64,000 bases of DNA, from assembly GCA_963664435.2 (NCBI GenBank), contig CAXXKM010000001.1:864001-928000 (forward strand), given 5' to 3'. The first letter of the stretch is position 1; each line of letters starts with the position of its first letter. Below are positions 47,801 through 54,749 of the stretch, piece by piece. The DNA comes from Longimicrobiales bacterium. GTDB lineage: Bacteria > Gemmatimonadota > Gemmatimonadetes > Longimicrobiales > Gaopeijiaceae. The translations under genes were made by a program, and so were the position numbers. Under the pieces are notes generated by a model. The model saw only the letters and a program-made list of their open reading frames with translations, had not been told where the DNA came from and made no database searches.

Positions 47801-49503
47801 GTCACCATGTTCCCGTCGGTGCGTGCGCGCGCGACCTTGATCGTGACGGAGCCGTCGTCGTCGGTGGTGCCGCTGCCGACCATGCCGTCGCCCGTCCCGT
47901 AGAGCGTGACTGTGGCGCCGGGAACCGCGTCGCCCATGTCGTCGCCGTTCCTCAGCGAGACCGTGAAGTTGACCGTTGTGTGCGTGATGTCGAACGGAAT
48001 GGCCTGCGAAGCCGGCTCGCCGACACCGAGGTCGACGGAGTAGCCTTCGCCCGGTCCGCCGTACGCGAGGTCGGCGGCCGCGAGCGCCGCGGCGACATCG
48101 GCGTTGATGAGCACGACCAGCTGGTAGGGGCCGGCGCGCAGACCCGTGAAGGAGAACGCACCGGTCTCGTCCGTGGCGCCAAGCCGCTGCTCGTTGACGC
48201 CCGGGCCCACCAGCGCCACCGGAATGCCGGCGTGCGCCACCGAATGCTCGCCCTCGTCGTACATGTCGTTCTTGGTCGCCTCGTCGATGAACACCATGCC
48301 CGAGACGCTCGCGGTGCGCGCGTGCGCGCCCTCGAAATTCACGATCGCCGACTCGTCGTCGCCCAGCGTCACGTCCGTGCTCATCGACTCGAACACGTAG
48401 GCGTCGCTCTCGACCGCGATCGAGACCGTGTAGTCGCCGGCCGCCAGGCCCGCGAAGGCGTACTGGCCGCCCGCGTCGGTCATCGTCGTGCGGCTCTCGT
48501 CGCCGCCCGCCAGCGTCACCGCGATGTCGCCGAGTCCCATGCCCTCGACGCTCACTCCGCCCGCGATGCCGGAGGTGCGGAGCAGGACGCCGGTGAACGA
48601 CACCGTGCCGGTCTCGTCGAGATCCACGCTCACGTCCTGCGACGTGGCCGCGAACTCGTAGTCGCGCGGGTCGAAGTCCGCGATCTCGACCCTGTAGTCG
48701 CCGGGGCGAAGTTCCTCGAACCGGAACATGCCATCGCCGTCGGTCATCATCGTGTAGCTCTCGTCGGCCGGACCGCCGCTCAGGGTGACCGTAATGCCGG
48801 CAAGCCCTTCGCCTTCGATGATCACCTGCCCCTCGACCGCGGAGGTGCGGATGAAGTGGCCCGTGAAGTCGGCCTGGCCGACATCGCCCACGTCGACCTG
48901 GATCTCGAGGCTCACCGTCTCGAAGGACACGTCCTCGGGGAAGTCGCTGATGGTGACCGTGTAGGTGCCCGCGCGGAGCCCGGTGAAGGCGAAGCCGCCG
49001 CTCATGTCGGTCTCCATGGTCTCGCCCATGGCGTGCTCGCCGCCGAGCGTGACCGTCACGCCAGCCAGCGTCTCGGGCTGGCCGTCGCCGCCGCTCATCA
49101 TGGCGTCGGCCGCAACCACGTTGCCGACCACCGCGGAGGAGCGGATGTACTCGCCGGCGAAGTTGAGTTGGACGTTCTGACCATCGGTCGCGATGGTCGC
49201 GGACTGCGTCACCTGGGCGAACGTCGCATCCTCGGGGAAGCCGCTGATGGTGACCGTGTAGGTCCCGGCTTCCACGCCCGAGAAGGCGAAGCTGCCACCC
49301 GACCCGGTCGTCGTGGTCGCACCCGACGACAGGGTGGCGGCGATGCCGCTGGCGGCCGTGCCTTCAATCGTCACCGTCCCGGAGATGGTTCCCACGGGAG
49401 TGGGCGGCGGGGGCGGCTCCACGGGCGGCGGAGTGCCCTCGTCGCAGGCGGTGAAGGTCAGGGCCATCAGCGTTGCTGCGGCGAAGAGTTTGAGTCGGTT
49501 CAT
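44845..49503 (-). CDS. Large acidic surface lipoprotein with carboxypeptidase-regulatory/SdrD-B-like beta-sandwich repeats
   Basis: Lipobox FTAC, poly-Pro linker, repeated G.V...G.TVTL.G...T...G.F.F.GL.AG.YTV units; AGGAGG RBS. Confidence 0.85.
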   Translation of the reverse strand: MNRLKLFAAATLMALTFTACDEGTPPPVEPPPPPTPVGTISGTVTIEGTAASGIAATLSSGATTTTGSGGSFAFSGVEAGTYTVTISGFPEDATFAQVTQSATIATDGQNVQLNFAGEYIRSSAVVGNVVAADAMMSGGDGQPETLAGVTVTLGGEHAMGETMETDMSGGFAFTGLRAGTYTVTISDFPEDVSFETVSLEIQVDVGDVGQADFTGHFIRTSAVEGQVIIEGEGLAGITVTLSGGPADESYTMMTDGDGMFRFEELRPGDYRVEIADFDPRDYEFAATSQDVSVDLDETGTVSFTGVLLRTSGIAGGVSVEGMGLGDIAVTLAGGDESRTTMTDAGGQYAFAGLAAGDYTVSIAVESDAYVFESMSTDVTLGDDESAIVNFEGAHARTASVSGMVFIDEATKNDMYDEGEHSVAHAGIPVALVGPGVNEQRLGATDETGAFSFTGLRAGPYQLVVLINADVAAALAAADLAYGGPGEGYSVDLGVGEPASQAIPFDITHTTVNFTVSLRNGDDMGDAVPGATVTLYGTGDGMVGSGTTDDDGSVTIKVARARTDGNMVTAGVSAEGYDYGEDARTAVSWDPQMFATAAGNSNDIVNLNVDASVSGATVTTEYGGGEALAGWAISVMSGDEAVDGAPEMLDDMGNAAFMTTVGADDLPATFTVALADDQDNALDGGENYSAQPVEYTHTGLMLAGTQDAGMLEAAFTTQTLKVYVHHELDQVEGYTGNIIGGDEMDGKGADRKVDVEVRYIDDSGRSRPFTAADSISEPRNNGDGGAWVFNNVPADMNVIAQASKADNSDQSIMLLDEGGHADELAAYAGTETNGITGGHFGAQGGYSHTVSLCPLQATKPQDHGDCSSFAYVSTHSVTGLIWKNQVLRSSESANDDGFKMGPEDDGGPTFVPGISVSLSPVEGKNLAGDEESATTTEKPVRGPGETSKGNEVLDETHQFAFNNIAAGVYEASVTDGWRARMGPKGATAMVGSAFSPLAGDVELDITPATTTVYGYVRDAEEFPVPDVTVNVNGVEAMTDAHGRYIAEYVPNVASRKIGNVTHTNSVFVETAHEGSGKTREIVPFAANDRINADVDLSGVGATASISGTVTASGSGAPIAGAEIMVDGAAPTNAATTGANAGKLVTGADGTYTATITAKDLGESAAVTVSKDGMSFAPAELSVPAHAGSAVSGINFTGFLHATISGRVRGPDNTAMGGVTVTATNVVPGAAGDDVSSTSTARGTFVLSVPFGTYDIEASAANHVFGYPNDNQRVSVAPGQAYDFGTIRAMTAGARNVRAARMRVDDDDATDDVDESTRAWATTISVMYTANAEHTPDGYNDATYTIQTSVDDGDTWTDVTSPTQVQAGTPLEDVPGSFTIPNPSDGEFMVRVIANAEEITPSTPAVPYADTSAAVTVDEIDPSASGVAAVRDDDDIEVSWNAVTNGNSQFRILVEVDAASAGNTLWLVAAGGTPATLGSETRAWTLPVADGFTATWSTLGGVPVPITEADLNKAIKVRVDARQEGVDEGEDGSTDTWTEERQGTVVSVDAKPSS

Positions 49504-49573
49504 GGAACCTCCTGAGTGGTGGAAAGGAAAACCGGCCTGGAGGGGCTGGAGAGAGTCGCGTGCCTTTGGATAG

Positions 49574-49589
49574 GCAAAGGCGGTGCCAA
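49574..49589 (-). promoter_or_regulatory. Sigma-54 (RpoN) -24/-12 promoter of the large lipoprotein gene
   Basis: TTGGCACCGCCTTTGC: TGGCAC-N5-TTGC with exact GG-N10-GC spacing, about 70 nt upstream of the ATG. Confidence 0.75.
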
Positions 49590-49962
49590 TTTCAGAACCT
49601 TCATAATTGGCAACCGGTTACGCACTATCGCCCCGCTCTGTGGCATCCGGCGGACCCCACGGATTCTCGGATTATCGGCGACGGCCACTGTTTTCTGAAT
49701 GCGACTAAAACGATAAGATTGTTGGCGATATCGCCCGTTTATCAGAAATGTGTCTCAAATATCACTCCGATCGCCCCTGTCTCGTCGTATACGACGTTAT
49801 CGATATCCGCAATGCCAGAAGCGACTGTAGGACGATCCGTCACGGCCCTAAATTGACAAGATCGCTGATCGTACATACTGGTATATACGAAGACTCACCA
49901 TGGGGGCAAAGGAATGGGGCGCCACGGTTGGCAGCGCGCCTCTTCACGGCGGGATCGCAGGG

Positions 49963-50826
49963 ATGGAGTCGAAACAACTGGTCTGCATGCTGTATTGCAG
50001 CGACGGCGAACTGAGGGACCGACTGGAGCGCGTGCTCGCCGGCGTCGCAGTTCAGCGAGTGCGTTCGAGAGAGGCACTCCTGGCGCCGCCCGCGATCGTT
50101 TGCGCGACGGTATACGGAACCACCACCTGCTCCGATGACGAAGTCGAGTGGTTGCGGTCGGCCTTCAGGCCTCTGAGCCCGCCATGCGTCGTGGTGGCTG
50201 ACCTCTCCGTAGACTGCCTGCGACGACTGGACCCACTCCGCTCCTGCAGGCTGAAGGTCGTGTGGACCGCCGAGGCCGAGGACCGCCTCGGTGAAGTCCT
50301 CGGGGAGTTCGGCAGGGTGAGTTGGGGTCCGATGTGGCGTCTCGGCCTGGGGCTGGTGTCGGAGCCTTCCCTGAAGCCTTTCGTAAAGGAGACGATCCGC
50401 CGGGCGTGCGGCCTGCGCAACGATCCCGCCGGCACTCCGTTCGTCCCCGAGAAGTCCGTCGGAAAGCTGGCGCGCGAGGTCGGCGTCGCCACGTCGACGC
50501 TTCGGCTTTGCTGGAGGGAGGAAGTTCCGCTCCGGTGCAGCCTCAAGGAATTCCTGAGCTGGGCGGTCACCCTCTGGGGCACGCGCGCGCGTGCACTTGA
50601 GGAATGGACTCCCCTCGCCAAACGGCTGGGACTCCAGCGCCGCTCGCTCGAGAGAAACTTCCTTCGGACGGCCGGATGTACCCTCGCCGAGGCGGCCGAG
50701 GACTCGGAGCGGGTGGTCGGGCGATTCAATGAGTGGGTCGATTCCGTGTGGGAGCCCCACTCCGGCGACGGGTCCGGGGCGTATGATCGGGTTCCGACGC
50801 AGGCGCCCCGCGAGGAGATGCCTTGA
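49963..50826 (+). CDS. Regulator with degenerate receiver-like N-terminus and AraC-type double HTH
   Basis: CSDGELRDRLERVL and PCVVVA resemble a REC fold without the acidic pocket; SVGKLAREVGVATSTL and LAKRLGL...FLRTAGCT are two HTH-like segments. Confidence 0.65.
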   Translation: MESKQLVCMLYCSDGELRDRLERVLAGVAVQRVRSREALLAPPAIVCATVYGTTTCSDDEVEWLRSAFRPLSPPCVVVADLSVDCLRRLDPLRSCRLKVVWTAEAEDRLGEVLGEFGRVSWGPMWRLGLGLVSEPSLKPFVKETIRRACGLRNDPAGTPFVPEKSVGKLAREVGVATSTLRLCWREEVPLRCSLKEFLSWAVTLWGTRARALEEWTPLAKRLGLQRRSLERNFLRTAGCTLAEAAEDSERVVGRFNEWVDSVWEPHSGDGSGAYDRVPTQAPREEMP

Positions 50827-51869
50827 CGGTGGCCGGATCGACCGCCCGGCGTTACGTCGGGTGGCGGTGCAGGCTCTACCCGAGCCCCGCGCAGGATGAA
50901 GCGCTGCTCCGGTGCAGGAACGGCCTGCGCGAACTCGCCAACGCCCTGCTCGCCACCTCCCAGCTCAGGTACGGGGAGACCGGACGGCGCCTGTCCCTGA
51001 TCGAGATGCGCGCCTTCGCGCGGGACTGGAAGCGGCAGCCGAAGCACCGGGAATTCCCCGCCAGCGCCAGCTACCGCGTCGCCGCCGATCTCGACCGGAC
51101 CTTCCGCACCTGGTTCAGCAGGCCGGGAAAACGCGGGCGCAGAGGATTTCCCCGGATCAAGAGCATCGGACGGGAGCCCGGCATCTACTTCAGCAACCAG
51201 GGGATCCGCTTCGACGGCAGCCGGGTGTGGCTGCCCAGGTTCGGGTCCGTGCGCTGGAAGGGCGGAAAGCTGCCCTCGGGGAGGCTGCCGGGTCCGTCCG
51301 GACGCAAGACCCTCGGTCTGCTCTCGGGGCGGGCCTGGCTCGATGCGGGAAACCGGTGGATGCTGTCGTGCCTGTTCGAGTGCGCGCCGCTCACCCCCGT
51401 CGAACCGAGAACGGAGAAGGCGGCAGTCCGTCAGAACGGCCGCGAAATCAGTGTGTCGGTGGACGGGGAGGCCCTCCACGTGATCCGCGAGAGCAGGACG
51501 CTCAGGAACGCGAGGCGCCGCCTGGCAAGGCTCGAGCGGCGGCTGGAGCGATGCGAATTCGGGTCAGAAGGCCGAAAGCGCACCCTTGCCCTCATGCGCA
51601 ACCAGGCACGCAGGGTTCGGAACCACCAGGCGGATCTGCAGCACAAGGCCACGACCGGCGTCGTGCATGAGGCCCGCGAGATCGAAGTGGAAGGCGCGAG
51701 CAGCGAACTGCTGCGTCAGCTCGAATACAAGGCGGAGTGGCACCGCCGCCGACTGAAGGTACGGCGAGGCCCGCCGGAACCGGGGACTGGCAAGCCCCGA
51801 CGCGCGCGGAGACCGGGGAGCCGGTCGCAGAAACGCGAATCGCGGACGCGAAGGCCGAAAGCTCTGTAG
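50823..51869 (+). CDS. TnpB homologue with degenerate RuvC (TldR-like, predicted nuclease-dead)
   Basis: RLYPSPAQ, GFPRIKS, LPRFGSVR, RLARLERRL, DLQHKATT, RQLEYKAEW are TnpB hallmarks; no GIDLG, no CxxC zinc finger, no DxNAA. Confidence 0.85.
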   Translation: MTVAGSTARRYVGWRCRLYPSPAQDEALLRCRNGLRELANALLATSQLRYGETGRRLSLIEMRAFARDWKRQPKHREFPASASYRVAADLDRTFRTWFSRPGKRGRRGFPRIKSIGREPGIYFSNQGIRFDGSRVWLPRFGSVRWKGGKLPSGRLPGPSGRKTLGLLSGRAWLDAGNRWMLSCLFECAPLTPVEPRTEKAAVRQNGREISVSVDGEALHVIRESRTLRNARRRLARLERRLERCEFGSEGRKRTLALMRNQARRVRNHQADLQHKATTGVVHEAREIEVEGASSELLRQLEYKAEWHRRRLKVRRGPPEPGTGKPRRARRPGSRSQKRESRTRRPKAL

Positions 51870-51900
51870 CCGTCTGCGAAGGCCGGAACGAATCAGGGAG
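51781..51900 (+). ncRNA. Putative omega-RNA (guide RNA scaffold) overlapping the TnpB 3' end
   Basis: Stems CGGGG/CCCCG, GACCGG/CCGGTC and TCGCGGACG/CGTCTGCGA; ACGCGCGCGGAG...GAAACGCGAA resembles IS605-type 3' RNA as I recall it; boundaries approximate. Confidence 0.6.
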
Positions 51901-52312
51901 CAGGACCTCGCCAGGTACGGGACAGCAGGTGATATCTGATCCGTGAGCGATAATATCGGCAACTATGATGATATCATGGAGACAGAGAGAGTCGAGGCAA
52001 CACCGGCCCCCACGCAAGAGGTAGCCGATTGCACTGCGATCTATCAGTTATATTTCAAGGTAGTATGCTGATATTGGGATGATAACGCGGATGCATGCAC
52101 CCTGAAGCTCCATCCGCAGTCCCCAGGCCGCTTTGTACGCTCAATCCACACTTCCACCGCGAACCCTGCCGAGACTAGGGGAGGTGCCCTTGAATCCCGG
52201 TCGACAATTTATGACGTTTGGATGATAGTTCGGGTGCATTTGCGATGTTTTGGCGATCACTGGTTGTGCCCGAGGACGCGACGCCGGGCGAGGATCCGGG
52301 GAGGACGGGCCG

Positions 52313-54676
52313 GTGACTAAGCACCCGGACGCGTTGAGAATAGAGGCGCTGCAGGAGCGCGTCTCGAGGCTGTGCGGCGCAATCCTGCGCATCAACGCGA
52401 GCCTGGATCTTGAGACGGTCCTGCAGGAAGTCGTAGACAGCGCCCGGGCCCTGACCGGCGCCCGCTATGGCCTGATTGCGACCGTCGACGACGCGGGCGA
52501 ACCCGGGCCGTACCTCGTCTCCGGCCTGACGCCGGAGCAGCTGCGGCAGCTTCAGGAGTGGGAGGACGGGCTCCGGGTCTTCGAGCACTTCCGGGACCTT
52601 CCGGGTGCGGTGCGGATCGGAGACCTGTCGACCTGGCTCCGTTCGCTCGGTTTCTCGCCGGTCGCGCTTCCATCGAAGACGCTGCAGGGCACGCCGATCC
52701 GTCATCGGGGCATCTACGCCGGAAGTTTCTTTATCGGCGGAAAGGACGGGGAAGGCGAGTTCACCCGCGAGGACGAAGAGGTTCTCGTCCTGCTGGCGTC
52801 GCAGGCAGCGACGGCGATCGCCAATGCCCGCAACTTCCGGGACGAACAGCGGGCGCGGGCGAAGGTGGAGACCCTCGTCGACACGTCGCCGGTCGGCGTG
52901 GTGGTCCTGGACGCCAGAACCGGAAGTCTGGTGTCGATCAACCGGGAGGCGAAGCGGATCGTCCGAGGCCTGCGGATGCCGGACGGGTCAACGATGGAGC
53001 TTCTGGAATTGGTTACGTGCCGGCGCGGCGACGGGCGCGAGTTCGCCTTGAAGGAATACCCGCTGGCGCGCGAGCTGAGCAGCGCCGAGACGCTGCGTGC
53101 CGAGGAGATCGAACTTTCGGTCCCCGATGGACGCAGCGTTAAGACGCTGATAAACGTGACGCCGATCCATGAGCCCGACGGTCGCGTCGAGTCCGTTGTG
53201 GTCACCATGCAGGATATGGCGCCGTTTGAGGAGCTCGAGCGAATGCGGACCGAGTTCCTCGGGATCGTGAGTCACGAGTTGCGCGCGCCGCTTGCCGCCA
53301 TCAAGGGCTCGGCGGCCACAGTGCTCGCCGGCTCCGGGCGCGTCGCTCGTGCCGAGATGCTGCAGTTCTTCCGCATCATCGACGAGCACGCCGACAACAT
53401 GAGCGTTTTGATGGGCGACCTGCTCGATGCGGGACGCATCGCGACGGGCACATTGTCCATCTCGCCCGAGCCCTCGGATGTCGGGGCGCTGATCGACCAG
53501 GCGCGGACCACCTTCCTGAACGCCGGCGGCCGACACAGCGTGCGGGTCGACCTGCCTCCGGACCTGCCGAAGGTGATGGTCGACCGGCAGCGCATCGTAC
53601 AGGTCCTCAACAACCTCCTCTCCAACGCGGCGAGATACTCCCGGACGTCGTCGCCCATAGAGGTCAACGCGCGGCTCGATGGCGTCCATGTCTCGATCAC
53701 GGTATCCGACCATGGCAGAGGCATCGCGCCCGAGCGGCTGGCGCACTTGTTCGCCAAGCGGGCCGGCGCGGGCGAGGGCACGCGCGGTCTGGCGACGGGC
53801 CTGGGCCTCGCCATCTGCAAGGGACTGGTAGAGGCGCACGGGGGCCGCATCCGGGCTCGGAGCGAAGGAGAGGGTCGAGGGGCGCGATTCACGTTCACCG
53901 TCCCTACCGCCGAAGAGGTCGGCGGCGACATCGCGGCTTCGGATTCCTCCTCGCAGGAACGCTCCCGTCCAGGTCCGGACGCGACGCGCATCCTGGTGGT
54001 GGACGACGACCCGCGGACGCTGCTCTACATCCGCGATACGCTCACCACGGCGGGGTATACCGTACTCGAGACGGGCGAGCCTCCGGAACTGGCGCGGGTC
54101 ATTCGCGCGGAGAAGCCCCACCTGGTCCTGCTCGACCTGATGTTGCCCGGGACCGACGGCATCAAGCTGATGCAACAGGTTCCCGACCTGGCCGACATGC
54201 CGGTCATCTTCATCTCCGCCTACGGGCGGGACGAGACGATCGCAAAGGCCCTCGACGCCGGGGCCGCCGATTACATCGTCAAGCCGTTTTCGGCGACGGA
54301 GTTGACGGCGAGGATCCGGGCGGCGCTGCGCAGGCACGCCGAGCCCGCATCCTTCATGCTGAGTGGGCTGGCCATCGACTACGATCGCCGCCAGGTGACG
54401 CTCGGCGGCCAGCCGCTGGAGCTCACCGCCACCGAATACGAGCTGCTGCGGGTGCTCTCGGCCAACGCCGGGCGCGTGCTGACGTACCGCGCGCTGCTGC
54501 GCAAGGCCTGGGACACCCGCTACCGGAGCTCCGTCGACCCGAAGCTGGTGCATGCCGTTGTGAGGAGGCTCCGCCACAAACTGGGCGAGGACGGCGCTCG
54601 GCCGACCTACATTCTCAACGAGCGAAGGGTAGGCTACCGGATGCCCGCGCCGGACGACCGCGCGAGCGAGCCGTGA
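52313..54676 (+). CDS. Hybrid histidine kinase GAF-PAS-HisKA-HATPase-REC-OmpR winged helix; paralogue of 22125-24488
   Basis: VSHELRAP, NLLSNA, ILVVDDD, KPF, LTATEYELL; GTG start after GGAGG. Confidence 0.92.
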   Translation: MTKHPDALRIEALQERVSRLCGAILRINASLDLETVLQEVVDSARALTGARYGLIATVDDAGEPGPYLVSGLTPEQLRQLQEWEDGLRVFEHFRDLPGAVRIGDLSTWLRSLGFSPVALPSKTLQGTPIRHRGIYAGSFFIGGKDGEGEFTREDEEVLVLLASQAATAIANARNFRDEQRARAKVETLVDTSPVGVVVLDARTGSLVSINREAKRIVRGLRMPDGSTMELLELVTCRRGDGREFALKEYPLARELSSAETLRAEEIELSVPDGRSVKTLINVTPIHEPDGRVESVVVTMQDMAPFEELERMRTEFLGIVSHELRAPLAAIKGSAATVLAGSGRVARAEMLQFFRIIDEHADNMSVLMGDLLDAGRIATGTLSISPEPSDVGALIDQARTTFLNAGGRHSVRVDLPPDLPKVMVDRQRIVQVLNNLLSNAARYSRTSSPIEVNARLDGVHVSITVSDHGRGIAPERLAHLFAKRAGAGEGTRGLATGLGLAICKGLVEAHGGRIRARSEGEGRGARFTFTVPTAEEVGGDIAASDSSSQERSRPGPDATRILVVDDDPRTLLYIRDTLTTAGYTVLETGEPPELARVIRAEKPHLVLLDLMLPGTDGIKLMQQVPDLADMPVIFISAYGRDETIAKALDAGAADYIVKPFSATELTARIRAALRRHAEPASFMLSGLAIDYDRRQVTLGGQPLELTATEYELLRVLSANAGRVLTYRALLRKAWDTRYRSSVDPKLVHAVVRRLRHKLGEDGARPTYILNERRVGYRMPAPDDRASEP

Positions 54677-54749
54677 TCCGCCGGCACCGGCCATCTCCCC
54701 TCGCACAGTCCACCCGGCCCCGCCGTGTGCCGTGTGCCGCGAGCATCAT

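Noticed and set aside
6256..49515. Long antisense ORFs (e.g. 6256-8682, 26032-29607, 30298-32730, 41415-44468, 46963-49515)
   Set aside because: Shadows of real genes caused by high-GC codon bias; no recognisable motifs
49853..49881. Sigma-70 promoter for the AraC-TnpB operon
   Set aside because: Perfect TTGACA, but no good -10 box at 16-18 nt spacing
50823..51900. Active IS200/IS605 or IS607 element
   Set aside because: No transposase, no recognisable left end, catalytic motifs lost and gene coupled to a regulator
51985..51994. 10-nt match GAGAGAGTCG to the lipoprotein 5' UTR region (49549-49558) as a guide-target pair
   Set aside because: About 100 nt beyond the predicted scaffold; a 10-mer match between two ~450-nt regions can easily arise by chance; revisit only if the RNA proves longer
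52014..52028. Second sigma-54-like site on the minus strand (TCGGCTACCTCTTGC)
   Set aside because: GG-to-GC spacing is 9 nt, not the required 10
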